This document shows, piece after piece, positions 36,134 to 45,992 of a stretch of DNA of 64,000 nucleotides. Position 1 is the first letter of the stretch; each line of letters opens with the position of its first letter. Below the pieces are notes generated by a model. That model had not been told where the DNA came from and made no database searches. It saw nothing but the letters and a program-made list of their open reading frames with translations. A program made the translations under genes and the position numbers. This DNA comes from a bacterium. Its GTDB lineage: Bacteria > UBA8248. The stretch lies in the NCBI GenBank assembly GCA_965213625.1, contig CBDBZU010000004.1:224001-288000 (forward strand). Reading direction: 5' to 3'.

Positions 36134-36754
36134 TCAGGGAACCCAGCGGCGCGCTTCTTCCCGTATCGCCCGCGACTTTTCGGTTCCTTCCATCACCAGG
36201 TTCGCAGACGGCGGGCTGCCGCTGAATTTCTCGTTCCGCCAGCAGTGGTAGCGAAGCGCTTTAGGATACGGCGTCAGGTCCATCGCCTCGAAGTAGGACG
36301 CGGGCACCTCGCCCGGCTTGTGGGGGTCCATGCGGTCTTTCTCGTATATCATCGTGCGCTTGATGACGCGCCACCGCCCGTCCCTGCGCTCGAACAGATC
36401 CACCACGCTGCTCCAGGTCGAGAAATCGAAATCATAGCCGTCCATCGTCCGCCTCTGATGCAGCGTGAGGTAATACTCGCAAACACCGCGCTCACCACTC
36501 ACGCGGACGCGCGTGTTCCCAGCAATGTGTTTCTGGGTGTCATCGGTGTGATGGCCTTCCATCATATCGCGCGATTCGGTGATGAACGCATGCGCGTTGC
36601 CCATGAACCACGAGGTAGTGATGTCCGCATCCGGATGAAAGCAATCCAGCAAACCATCCCAGTCGCCAACGTCCCGGCATACGTGCGAGAACATGCACAC
36701 CTCCATCATCTCGATTTTGTCCGCCGCCTCGTGCAGCCTCGCCTCATCGCTCAT
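36134..36754 (-). CDS. SnoaL/NTF2-like protein
   Basis: RDVGDWDGLLDCFHPDA, DLFERRDGRWRV, IYEKDR. Confidence 0.8.
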   Translation of the reverse strand: MSDEARLHEAADKIEMMEVCMFSHVCRDVGDWDGLLDCFHPDADITTSWFMGNAHAFITESRDMMEGHHTDDTQKHIAGNTRVRVSGERGVCEYYLTLHQRRTMDGYDFDFSTWSSVVDLFERRDGRWRVIKRTMIYEKDRMDPHKPGEVPASYFEAMDLTPYPKALRYHCWRNEKFSGSPPSANLVMEGTEKSRAIREEARRWVP

Positions 36755-36798
36755 CTTTCGTCTCCTTTTGCGGGCATAGCCCGCTATCCATCACTTCA

Positions 36799-38586
36799 TT
36801 AAAGAATGGTCCGCTCGCCGATAGCTGGCTCTCCATACCCCAGGCCGGGCAACTCCCAGGCGCCTGCGCCGCTTGGATTTTGTTCTCCCTGAATGTTCGC
36901 GTCGATCACGTAGGGACGACCGGCCTTCACCGCCTCATCAACCGCCGCACTCAAATCCGCCGCCTTGTCCACCCGCACGCCCGTGATGCCTGCGGATTCC
37001 GCCATTGCAGCGAAATCGGGGTTATAGGGTTTCTCGGAGGCGTGCTCCTGAAAGTCGGTGGCCAGTTCCCGGCCATCCAGATAGCCGCGCTGAAGCCCCC
37101 GGATGGAGGCGAAGGCATAGTTGTTCCAGACGACCCAGACGGCTGGGATGTCGTACTCCACCGCCGTCATTATGGCGCTTACGTGCATGGCGAAAGCGCC
37201 GTCCCCGCACACGGCGACGCAAGGCCTCTCCGGCGCGGCCAGCTTGGCGCCCAGCACACCCGCCACACCGAAGCCCATCGCGCCGAAGCCCATCGAGCCG
37301 ATGAGTGATTGCGGCCCCTTGGGGCGGCAGCACTGGATAAGCCAGTTGTGGTGGACGCCTACGTCGCTGATGAGGATGGCGTCATCGGGCAGGGCCTTGT
37401 CGATTTCATGTGCCGCCCGCTGGGGGTGCATGGGTTCGGTGTCCTCGCGGTAGCCGGGAGCCGTGAACTCCTCCCACTCGTTTCGCAAGCCGTCAATCTT
37501 CCGGAGCCACGCCTCCCGCGCTTCAGGGATTTTCACGCTCTCCCCGGCCCCAAGCGCTTCACCCACCTGATCGAGAAAAACGTCCACGTCCGCCATCAGG
37601 CCTAAGGCCACGGGGTAGTTGCGCGCGATCTCCTCGGGGTCGATATCCACGTGAATCAGCTTCGTCGGCGGAATGTTGAACGAATAGCCCGGCAGCCAGC
37701 TGCTCGAGGTGCGATCGTCGAAACGAACACCGAGTGCTAGCAGAACGTCGGCCTGGCGCGCGGCGTGGTTCGCCGGGTAGGTTCCGTTTCTGGCGATGAG
37801 GCCCAGAGCCAGGGGGTGCTTCGCATCGATGGCGCCCATCCCGCTCGATGAGCACGCCACGGGGATATTCAGCCTCTCGGCGAGCGCGACCATCTTCGCC
37901 GCGGCGCCCGCGTATTTCACGCCCTGGCCCACGAGAATCACGGGCCGCTCGGCGGTGGAAAGCATTTCGACGGCCTTTTTCACGCCATCTGGGTCCGCTC
38001 CGCACCGGCAGGAGATGTTCGCGTTCCACTCGGAGGCTTGGGGCATATCGACCTCGGTTTCTTCTTTGAAGATGTCGAAAGGCACGTCGAGCACGACGGG
38101 GCCGCGCCTTCCCGTCATCATCGTCTTCCACGCCTGGCGGGTGAACTGCGGCACCATCTCCGCCCGCGTAGGCTGGTACACGCGCTTGCAGTAAGCCTGC
38201 ACGGTCGAGGGGAAATCCGCCTGGTAGTGGCGGTAGGTCTCCTGGAACGCGCCCCGGTTGAACTGGTTGGTGGGGATGTTGCCCGTCACGGCCAGAAAGG
38301 GAACGGAGTCGAAAAAGGCGTTGGCCAAAGAAATCGGCATGTTGGCCGAACCCGGCCCGCAGGAGGTGAACGTCGCCACCGGCTTGCCCGCCACCCGGTA
38401 ATACACGTCCGCCATGAAGCCTGAGAGCGACTCGTGGCGCACCGAGAGCGTCTTTATCTCATCGGCGCGCTCATGGAGCGCATCCAGAAAGCTGATGTTC
38501 CCGTGGCCGCAAAGGCCGAAGACGTAGGGGACATCCTCCTGAACGAGATAATCGACGATGATCTGGCCACCATTCATGCGGGTCAA
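36799..38586 (-). CDS. Thiamine-diphosphate-dependent enzyme (acetolactate synthase-like)
   Basis: VFGLCGHGN, VRHE, SCGPGSAN, CGDGAFAM...WNN; TTG start behind AGGAG. Confidence 0.9.
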   Translation of the reverse strand: MTRMNGGQIIVDYLVQEDVPYVFGLCGHGNISFLDALHERADEIKTLSVRHESLSGFMADVYYRVAGKPVATFTSCGPGSANMPISLANAFFDSVPFLAVTGNIPTNQFNRGAFQETYRHYQADFPSTVQAYCKRVYQPTRAEMVPQFTRQAWKTMMTGRRGPVVLDVPFDIFKEETEVDMPQASEWNANISCRCGADPDGVKKAVEMLSTAERPVILVGQGVKYAGAAAKMVALAERLNIPVACSSSGMGAIDAKHPLALGLIARNGTYPANHAARQADVLLALGVRFDDRTSSSWLPGYSFNIPPTKLIHVDIDPEEIARNYPVALGLMADVDVFLDQVGEALGAGESVKIPEAREAWLRKIDGLRNEWEEFTAPGYREDTEPMHPQRAAHEIDKALPDDAILISDVGVHHNWLIQCCRPKGPQSLIGSMGFGAMGFGVAGVLGAKLAAPERPCVAVCGDGAFAMHVSAIMTAVEYDIPAVWVVWNNYAFASIRGLQRGYLDGRELATDFQEHASEKPYNPDFAAMAESAGITGVRVDKAADLSAAVDEAVKAGRPYVIDANIQGEQNPSGAGAWELPGLGYGEPAIGERTIL

Positions 38587-38805
38587 AATAAATCTCCTTG
38601 TAAGATAAGATAGGGAGTTATACGATGAGACTTTAGAAACTCATACAAACCCTGTCAATTTGAGGATGCGCACAAGGGCGCATGGCTTCTTTTTCGCTTG
38701 ATGAACATCCTTCGAAATTTGCCGGTTTCACTGCCTGCTTTCGAGATAGTGACAGCTCGACCGATAGAAGTATTCATTCCAGTCATTTTTAAGGAGAGCG
38801 GAACC

Positions 38806-39795
38806 ATGACCAAGACCAGATGGACAGCACTACTGAGCGCGGCTGCGTTCATGATCCTCACGCATTTCGGCGCAGCGCTGCCGGACGCCTCGGCTCAGCA
38901 ACGCATCACGATGAAGGGCGGCCAGATTCGCGGCGCCTACAACAGATGGACCAGCGCTTACGCCGTATACCTGACGAAGGAACTCAAGGGAGTTCAGGTT
39001 TCCTCCGAGTCCTCCACAGGCTCGGTTGAAAATGTTCGGGCGATCCATTCAGGCTCCGTGGAAGTGGCTTTGACGTTCTCGAGCGATTCCTTCCTGGGCT
39101 ACCGGGGCCAGGGACATTTCAAGAAACCCCAGAAGAACATGCGAACAATGACATACCTTTTCGGCTCGGTGGGCCATTTGCTGGTGCCCGCGAACAGCGA
39201 CATTAAGAAAATCGAAGATTTGAAGGGAAAGACCATCTCGATGGGCGGTCCGGGTTCGGGCTCGGCAAAAAACCTGACGGCGCTTCTCAAGCACTTGGGC
39301 ATCTGGGGCACGTTCAAGCCGGTTTACCTGGGCCGCAAAAGCCCCGAAGCCATGCGCAACGGCAAAATTGCCGGTTACAACTGGCACCCGGGTCTCGGCA
39401 ACGCGATGATCCGCGATACGGCCACCATGATGAAGATTCGCTTCATCAACATGGACGCTCCGGCCGGCAAGTCCGGGTTCTACAAGAAATTCCCCTTCTT
39501 CGGGCCCACCATGATTCCCGCGGGCGTCTACCCGAACGTGAACGTGGACACACCGACATTCGGTACAGGGACCGTCATGATCGCGGGAAGCAAGGTTTCC
39601 GCCGATCTGGTTTATAACATCATGAAAGCCATGTACTCCGAAAAGGGGCGCAAATACATCGTCTCCGCCGCCGGCAAGGTGGCGAAAGAACTATCGATCA
39701 AAAACGGCCTCAAGCTCATCAACGCGCCGCTTCATAAAGGGGCTGTCCGGTTCTGGAAAGAAGCCGGAAAAAAGATTCCGAAAGAACTCATGTAG
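38806..39795 (+). CDS. TAXI-family TRAP transporter solute receptor
   Basis: Signal peptide; STGSVENV, DLKGKTISMGGPGSG, PLHKGAVRFWKE; AAGGAG SD. Confidence 0.92.
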   Translation: MTKTRWTALLSAAAFMILTHFGAALPDASAQQRITMKGGQIRGAYNRWTSAYAVYLTKELKGVQVSSESSTGSVENVRAIHSGSVEVALTFSSDSFLGYRGQGHFKKPQKNMRTMTYLFGSVGHLLVPANSDIKKIEDLKGKTISMGGPGSGSAKNLTALLKHLGIWGTFKPVYLGRKSPEAMRNGKIAGYNWHPGLGNAMIRDTATMMKIRFINMDAPAGKSGFYKKFPFFGPTMIPAGVYPNVNVDTPTFGTGTVMIAGSKVSADLVYNIMKAMYSEKGRKYIVSAAGKVAKELSIKNGLKLINAPLHKGAVRFWKEAGKKIPKELM

Positions 39796-39823
39796 CCTCT
39801 TCATCACAGTGAAATACACAAAC

Positions 39824-39857
39824 CTCTCCGCGCGGGTTTACCCGCCCGCGCGGGGAG
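39824..39857 (+). terminator. Intercistronic GC hairpin after the TAXI receptor
   Basis: CTCTCCGCGCGGG-N8-CCCGCGCGGGGAG followed by ATTT. Confidence 0.5.
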
Positions 39858-39872
39858 ATTTCAGGGGCCTCC

Positions 39873-42020
39873 ATGACCGAAAGCGATGAAATCCAGATCG
39901 CTCATGACGCGAGCGGTAGCCGCGCTTCGGACCTAAGCGGAGCCTGGAAGTATTTCCACCAGGCCGTCTGCATCGCTTTCGCCCTCTTCGCCCTTTGGGC
40001 GGCGGGACCGGGCATCCCCGAGGACAATCTCCACCTGGGTATTTTTACTCTCGTCATGTGGGTCATGAGCTTCCTCGTCTACCCCGGGCGCAAGGATGCA
40101 ACCTGGAAAACGCCGGAAATCCTGGATTGGGGCATAGCCTTCACCCTCGTGGCCCTGCTCGCTGTTGCTATCTATCAGGCGGAAGACGTTTTAGAGCAAG
40201 GCGCGCTGGCGACGGATTGGGCGGTATGGACTGGTTGCATCCTCCTGGGCGCGACCATGTTCGCACGCCCGCGCGCCCTGGGCCTTACCCTGATAGGCCT
40301 GACCTGCCTTTGTCTGAGCTATTTCGTTTTCAACTACCTGGAACTCCAGGACAGGCCGGGCGCCTGGAATCAGACGGACTTCTGGATGGCCTTCGTCGCC
40401 ATCGTACTCGCCCTGGAGGCGGCGAGACGCGGGCTGGGGCTATGGATACCGGCCCTCGCTATCGTCGCGCTATTGTTCGCCCATTTCGGCGCTTATGCTC
40501 CCGGTCCACTCGCTCACCGGGGTTCCACAATTCACCAGATCGTGAACTACACCTTTTATTCTCAAGAAGGCATCTTCGGCGTCATGACTTCCGTCATGGC
40601 CAGCTACGTCCTGATTTTCATCTATCTGGGCGCATTCATGAATCAATCGGGGATGGGCAGGTTCTTCATCGAAATGCCCATGGCGCTCGCCGGCCGAACG
40701 GTGGGCGGACCCGCCAAGGTGGCGGTCATCGCCTCCGCCATATTCGGCTCGATTTCGGGCAGCAGCATCGCAAACGTCGTATCGACGGGCACCTTCACCA
40801 TCCCGCTCATGAAAAAAGTGGGCTTCAGGCCCCATGTGGCGGGCGCGGTGGAAAACAGCGCTTCTCTGGGCGGCCAGCTTCTGCCCCCCGTCATGGGCTC
40901 GGGCGCATTCGTCATGGCGGAGATAACGGGCGTGCCCTACGTGCGCATCATGGCCATCGCAGCCGTACCCGCGCTGCTGTATCTGCTCTCGATTATCGCC
41001 ATCGTTCACTTCGAAGCGAAGCGACACGGCATTCAGGGAATCGCCGAGGATGAACTCCCCAGTCCCAGGCTTGTTTTCGCATCCGGCTGGTTCCATCTTC
41101 TACCGCTAGCGATTCTCCTGTCTTTCCTCATCGCCGGTTACTCGCCGGATTGGTGCGCAGTCATGGCCATCTTCTCCATATTGGCGATCAACTGGATTCG
41201 CATGGTGCTGGCGCGGCTCTTTCCTGATCAATTCCAAACCCCGCAAGAGCGGTTGAATATGCGAGGCATCTTCGGCGCCATGGTGGAGGGTACGCAAAAT
41301 TCTCTCGTCGTCGGCTCGGCCGCTGCCGCGGTGGGGATCATCGTCGGGATGGTGGCCTTGACGGGACTCGGCCTCAAGATGAGCTACCTGCTCGTAGCGC
41401 TCTCGGGAGGAAGCCTCCTGTTCGCCCTGTTTCTGGTGGCGGTGGCGTCTCTCGTTCTGGGTATGGCCTTGCCCATTACCGCCTCATACCTCGTTCTGGC
41501 GGTACTCGCAGGTCCCGCCCTCGAGAACCTGGGTGTGCCCCTCATCGCCGCACACATGATCGTCTTCTGGCTGAGTCAGGATTCGAACATCACGCCGCCG
41601 GTATGCCTGGGGGCCTACGTCGCCGCTTCCATCGCTAGAGCGGACCCCTGGCAGACGGGATGGGCGAGTTTCCGGTTCGCCAAAATGCTTTATGTCATGC
41701 CGCTCCTCTTCGCCTATACGCCCATTCTGCTGACGGGTTCGGTGAAACTCACAATCTGGACGATGGGCGCGGCGTTGTTCGGCACCATTGCGTTTTCCGC
41801 CTGGACGATGGGCTACCTCAAGAGCAAGACTTCCCCTCTCGAATGGCTGCTGCTTGGCGTCGCCACCGTGTTCTGTTTTCTACCGGCGAAATTCCAACTT
41901 CCAGGCGGCATCTCCGCATACTTCGCCAACACGGCGGGAGCGGCTCTGCTGCTTCTGATCTATGCCTGGCAAAAAAGGAGTGTCGGACGAGAGCAGGAAC
42001 GCTCCGAACTACCAGCCTGA
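39873..42020 (+). CDS. TRAP transporter 4TM/12TM fused permease
   Basis: GGPAKVAV, GSISGSSIANV, GGQLLPPVMG, ITPPVCL. Confidence 0.93.
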   Translation: MTESDEIQIAHDASGSRASDLSGAWKYFHQAVCIAFALFALWAAGPGIPEDNLHLGIFTLVMWVMSFLVYPGRKDATWKTPEILDWGIAFTLVALLAVAIYQAEDVLEQGALATDWAVWTGCILLGATMFARPRALGLTLIGLTCLCLSYFVFNYLELQDRPGAWNQTDFWMAFVAIVLALEAARRGLGLWIPALAIVALLFAHFGAYAPGPLAHRGSTIHQIVNYTFYSQEGIFGVMTSVMASYVLIFIYLGAFMNQSGMGRFFIEMPMALAGRTVGGPAKVAVIASAIFGSISGSSIANVVSTGTFTIPLMKKVGFRPHVAGAVENSASLGGQLLPPVMGSGAFVMAEITGVPYVRIMAIAAVPALLYLLSIIAIVHFEAKRHGIQGIAEDELPSPRLVFASGWFHLLPLAILLSFLIAGYSPDWCAVMAIFSILAINWIRMVLARLFPDQFQTPQERLNMRGIFGAMVEGTQNSLVVGSAAAAVGIIVGMVALTGLGLKMSYLLVALSGGSLLFALFLVAVASLVLGMALPITASYLVLAVLAGPALENLGVPLIAAHMIVFWLSQDSNITPPVCLGAYVAASIARADPWQTGWASFRFAKMLYVMPLLFAYTPILLTGSVKLTIWTMGAALFGTIAFSAWTMGYLKSKTSPLEWLLLGVATVFCFLPAKFQLPGGISAYFANTAGAALLLLIYAWQKRSVGREQERSELPA

Positions 42021-42911
42021 CGGCTCGTTCTCGAAAATTCCTAGGGATTCCAGCGTCTTACGTGTGTGAACCTTGGCGTCATCGTCCAGGGGCAGAATGG
42101 GTTTTCGCGTCTCTCCCACGGGACGGCCAATTAGCTCCATCGCGTATTTCACCGTCGCCGGGTAGTTCGTCTGCAGCAAGTGCAAGAGCGTGTCCATCTT
42201 GTATTGCAGGGAGCGCGCCTTTTCGTAGTCACCGGAAATACATGCGTCGAACAGGGAGAGAACCATCCTCGGAGCGACCTCACCGCAATTGGAAAACGAC
42301 CCAGACCCGCCGACGGGAATCGACGTGAGAAGCCACTCGATGCCTGTGAACACGGAAAAATCCGCGCGGGCGCCGGATGCGATGCGGCAAGCGCCCGTAA
42401 AGTAGTTCATGTCGAAGCTGGCGTCTTTTAGAGCGTGGAGGTTCGGGAGTTTTTCCAGCATCTCTTCGAGCATCTCGTGGGAGATGGTTACCTGAAGCCT
42501 GGGGTTGTTGTAGGCGATCATCGCGATATCTGTGCTTCTTCCCAACGTCAGGAAATAATCCAGATGGGCCTCTTCCTCTGGCGCCCAATGATAGGGCGAG
42601 AGCACGACGATTCCCGTTGCGCCTATCGCCTCGGAGTGCTTCGCCAAATCAATGGAATTGTCCGGTCCCGAAGCGGTCACGTTCACGAACACGGGAACGC
42701 GGCCGGCGGCGGCTTCCACCAGGCGCTTCGCCAGTTCCTTACGCTCGTGATCACTCAGATTCAAGGACTCGCCGATATGCATGGGATGGGCGATGAAGGG
42801 AAATCCCTGTTCAATCAGGAAATTGATTTGCCTCTCGAAGGTGTCGTAATCGACGCCGCCATCGGGTTTAAACGCCGTCGTTGGCGCTCCCATGATGCCT
42901 CTGAGCTTCAT
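42009..42911 (-). CDS. Dihydrodipicolinate synthase-family protein
   Basis: HIGES, YNNP, LKDAS, GETRKP; converges on and overlaps the TRAP stop by 12 nt. Confidence 0.88.
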   Translation of the reverse strand: MKLRGIMGAPTTAFKPDGGVDYDTFERQINFLIEQGFPFIAHPMHIGESLNLSDHERKELAKRLVEAAAGRVPVFVNVTASGPDNSIDLAKHSEAIGATGIVVLSPYHWAPEEEAHLDYFLTLGRSTDIAMIAYNNPRLQVTISHEMLEEMLEKLPNLHALKDASFDMNYFTGACRIASGARADFSVFTGIEWLLTSIPVGGSGSFSNCGEVAPRMVLSLFDACISGDYEKARSLQYKMDTLLHLLQTNYPATVKYAMELIGRPVGETRKPILPLDDDAKVHTRKTLESLGIFENEPSGW

Positions 42912-42989
42912 TCGGCCTCCCTCCCATCGAGTGCTGGATACCGAAATTCATGCGCTCCTTGCGACTGTTTCAAAGCTTCTTGTTTTCAC

Positions 42990-44750
42990 TTACACCGAGA
43001 GCTCTTCCATGCTTCCGAGCTTTCTGAAGACAATCGTTCCCAGTAGGAGGAGCGCGGTCTGAACCAGCGCGAATGCCGCCACGACGCCCAATGCCTCGTT
43101 CTCCTGCAGGATGTATAGCGCCACCGCCATGGGGGCGCTGTCTTCCGTCGCCAGAAGCACGGACACCGGCAATTCCCTGATGAACATGATGAACAGCATC
43201 AGATAAGCGGCAAAGATTCCCGGCCTCAAGAGCGGCACCGTGATCTTCTTAATCGTCGCAACGAACGAGGAACCGCAGATTCTGGCGCTCTCCTCGAGTT
43301 CGGAACTCAACGATTGAAGCACCGAAGATATTGTCCTGAGGCCATAGGGCAGATAGCGCGTCATATACGCCATCATGAGCAAGAGCATGGGGAATCCATA
43401 GAGCGGCGTTTTAATCCACGTGATGAGAAAAGCCATTCCCATGATGAGGCCCGGTACGCCGATGGGCAGGGTGCTCAGGTAATCGACGGCGCCGCTGAGC
43501 CTCTTGTTCCTGCCCCTGAGAATCACCATGGCGAGGAACGTACAAAGAACCACCGTGATGAATCCGCCCACAAGTCCGAGGATGAGACTGTTTTTTGTCG
43601 CTTGAACGGCGTATTCGTATTCAAACAAGACATACGCCCAGTTGTAGATGGAAAGCTGGCTCCAGCGGAAACCGCCCAGCCAGGCGCGATTGAACGACGC
43701 CAGCAGGAGCGCTCCCAGCGGGAGGACGACCGCGAGAAGAACGTAGAAACAATTGATGGCGAGCGCGACGTATTTCCAGGGTCCCAAAGATACGCGGCTG
43801 GGGCGGTAGCCTTTCCCCGTCACGGTCACGTAACTTCTCGGCGCGATGATCTTTCGCTGGATGTAAAGGCCCAAGGCGGTGAACACCATCAAAACGCTTC
43901 CCAGTGCGGCCGCCCCGCCGATGTCCAGCGGATATTCCTCCATCTTCGTGTAGATGATCGTCGAGAGCGTCGAAATTCTCGCTATCGGACCCAACAAGCT
44001 CGGCACGCCGAATACACCCATGCTCACCACGAAAATAATCACCGCTCCGGAGAGCATGGCGGGCGTGGAGAGTGGAATCGTCACCCTCAGGGCCGTGCGC
44101 AAAACGCCGGTCCCACATACACGCGCGGATTCCTCGAGGGCGGGGTCCATCCGGTTCAGCGACCCAATCGTAAAAAGATACATATAAGGCGTATAAAAGA
44201 GCGCCATCACCATGACGATCCCGGTCATCGAATAGATGTTGAACGGCGGAGCCGACAACCCGAATAAATCGATCATCCAGCGGTTCAATATGCCCGTCCT
44301 CGGGGCGGCCAACGCCCACCACGCGACGGCGCCTAGAAACGAAGACAGAAAGAAGGGAATCAGGGTCAACGCCTCCAGAGGTCTACGGAACGGCATATCA
44401 GTGCGCGCATGGAACCAGGCGAGCGAAACGCCCGTCAGACATGAAAAAATGGACGTTCCCAGCGCAATGATCAATGTATTCAGCGTAGCGTCGAACACTT
44501 CGGAGGTGGAAAAAGTATTCGTGAAGTTCGTGAACGTGAAGATGGAATCCCCGGCTTCGGGGTGGGTCACGAATGCGCTGTACAGGAACACCGATACAGG
44601 CAAAATGGCGAGAATGGTTAGCAGACCCAGCGAACCGAGTTTCAGCGTATTTTCAGAGTTGAAAAAACGTCCCCCGGGAGTGGCGGCCGAAGCGACGGGG
44701 CTCGCCCCGTCGCCTCTGGCCTCCAAATCCGATTTCGATACGCTGCTCAA
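42990..44750 (-). CDS. ABC transporter permease (Fe3+/thiamine/polyamine type, two TM domains)
   Basis: Two EAA-like motifs (LEESARVCG, LEESARICG); VTVTGKG linker. Confidence 0.92.
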   Translation of the reverse strand: MSSVSKSDLEARGDGASPVASAATPGGRFFNSENTLKLGSLGLLTILAILPVSVFLYSAFVTHPEAGDSIFTFTNFTNTFSTSEVFDATLNTLIIALGTSIFSCLTGVSLAWFHARTDMPFRRPLEALTLIPFFLSSFLGAVAWWALAAPRTGILNRWMIDLFGLSAPPFNIYSMTGIVMVMALFYTPYMYLFTIGSLNRMDPALEESARVCGTGVLRTALRVTIPLSTPAMLSGAVIIFVVSMGVFGVPSLLGPIARISTLSTIIYTKMEEYPLDIGGAAALGSVLMVFTALGLYIQRKIIAPRSYVTVTGKGYRPSRVSLGPWKYVALAINCFYVLLAVVLPLGALLLASFNRAWLGGFRWSQLSIYNWAYVLFEYEYAVQATKNSLILGLVGGFITVVLCTFLAMVILRGRNKRLSGAVDYLSTLPIGVPGLIMGMAFLITWIKTPLYGFPMLLLMMAYMTRYLPYGLRTISSVLQSLSSELEESARICGSSFVATIKKITVPLLRPGIFAAYLMLFIMFIRELPVSVLLATEDSAPMAVALYILQENEALGVVAAFALVQTALLLLGTIVFRKLGSMEELSV

Positions 44751-44777
44751 TGCAAGACCCTCAAGTATTTCAAATCG

Positions 44778-45920
44778 TTATTTCTTCGTCCCCGATCCGA
44801 AAACCTCAATGAATTCCGCCTTCCATTTCTTCACGTCCGCCGGCGTGACTTTGCTCCAGTCGGTCGGGATGACGTTGATTTTGTCGATGGGAGGCGCAAT
44901 GCCGTCTTTCGCCAGGATGAGCTTGTTGATTTTCTCATCCTTGTGCGGCGGAAGCGGCCTGCCGGAATTCAGCGGGTTGTAATTGAGGAGCATGTGATGC
45001 CCCCTCACGCTCCGCCAGTAATCGACGAAAAGTTTCGCCATGTTGGGGTTTTTCGCCTTCGCCATGATCACGGAACCGATGGGAAGCGCCACTACACCTT
45101 CTTTAGGATAGATGGGGTCCATTTTTACGCCGGCTTTTTTGGCAATCCAGTTATGCCTGGCCATAATCGTCGTTCCGAGCCAGTACTCTCCCGCCATGAG
45201 GGAGCGCCTCTGCGCCGACCCTCTCGCCATCACGCCCGCGCCCGCAGCGCTTAACTTCTGGAAGTAGCTCTTCGGCAGCCGCTCACGAAGCCCCTTGTAC
45301 CAAAGGGTATACGTCTCTGAGGGCCTCGCATCACCGACCAGCACCTTGCCCTTGAACTCAGGCTTCAGCAAATCGTACCAGCTCGTCAGCTTGACGTTGC
45401 CCGCCAAATCCCGGTTGACCGCCATGGTGTTGATTTGCGCATCGGAAACCCAATACCCGTCGCCGTTCATGTTCGCCTTTTCCGCCAGGCTGTAATGCTT
45501 GTCTTCCGGCGAGACGTATTTCATCAGATTCCCGCGACGCTTCATCGAGTGCAGCCAGGAGGCTGCGGCAAGCACGACCACGTCGACGGACAGCTTGTTC
45601 GCCTTGATCTCCTGCTCGAAACGCTTGATGAGCGTACCCGAGCGCCTGTTGGCGAAACGGAATTTCACCTTCGGCAGCCCATATAGCTTCTTGAAGGCCT
45701 TCTCCATCTCTTTGGCCGCCTTCACGGGAGCAAGGTTCGTGGCCCAGGAGAAATTACCTTCTTTTCTGGCGCCTTCAATCAATTTCGCGACGCGGGCTTT
45801 TTCCGCGCCTTTCAACTCTTTCAGGATAGGCGCTTCCGCAGCGCGGGCGGTCCCGCCCAGCGTGAACGTAGCCGCCAGCAATACCGCCATTCCTACCGAG
45901 CAACTCAACCTTTTTTTCAT
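44778..45920 (-). CDS. ABC transporter substrate-binding protein
   Basis: Signal peptide MKKRLSC...ARA; ARKEG, SWYDLLKPEFKGK, AKNPNMAKLFVDY. Confidence 0.88.
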   Translation of the reverse strand: MKKRLSCSVGMAVLLAATFTLGGTARAAEAPILKELKGAEKARVAKLIEGARKEGNFSWATNLAPVKAAKEMEKAFKKLYGLPKVKFRFANRRSGTLIKRFEQEIKANKLSVDVVVLAAASWLHSMKRRGNLMKYVSPEDKHYSLAEKANMNGDGYWVSDAQINTMAVNRDLAGNVKLTSWYDLLKPEFKGKVLVGDARPSETYTLWYKGLRERLPKSYFQKLSAAGAGVMARGSAQRRSLMAGEYWLGTTIMARHNWIAKKAGVKMDPIYPKEGVVALPIGSVIMAKAKNPNMAKLFVDYWRSVRGHHMLLNYNPLNSGRPLPPHKDEKINKLILAKDGIAPPIDKINVIPTDWSKVTPADVKKWKAEFIEVFGSGTKK

Positions 45921-45992
45921 CGAATCTTCTCCCAGAGAAAAGTAAAGAAAATGCCGGTTCCGCGCAGGTGGGCCGTTCAACTCACCCGCCAC

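Noticed and set aside
25870-42911. dapA, ilvB, ilvE, panE as biosynthetic genes
   Set aside because: Divergent paralogs in catabolic and transport context; family-level calls only.
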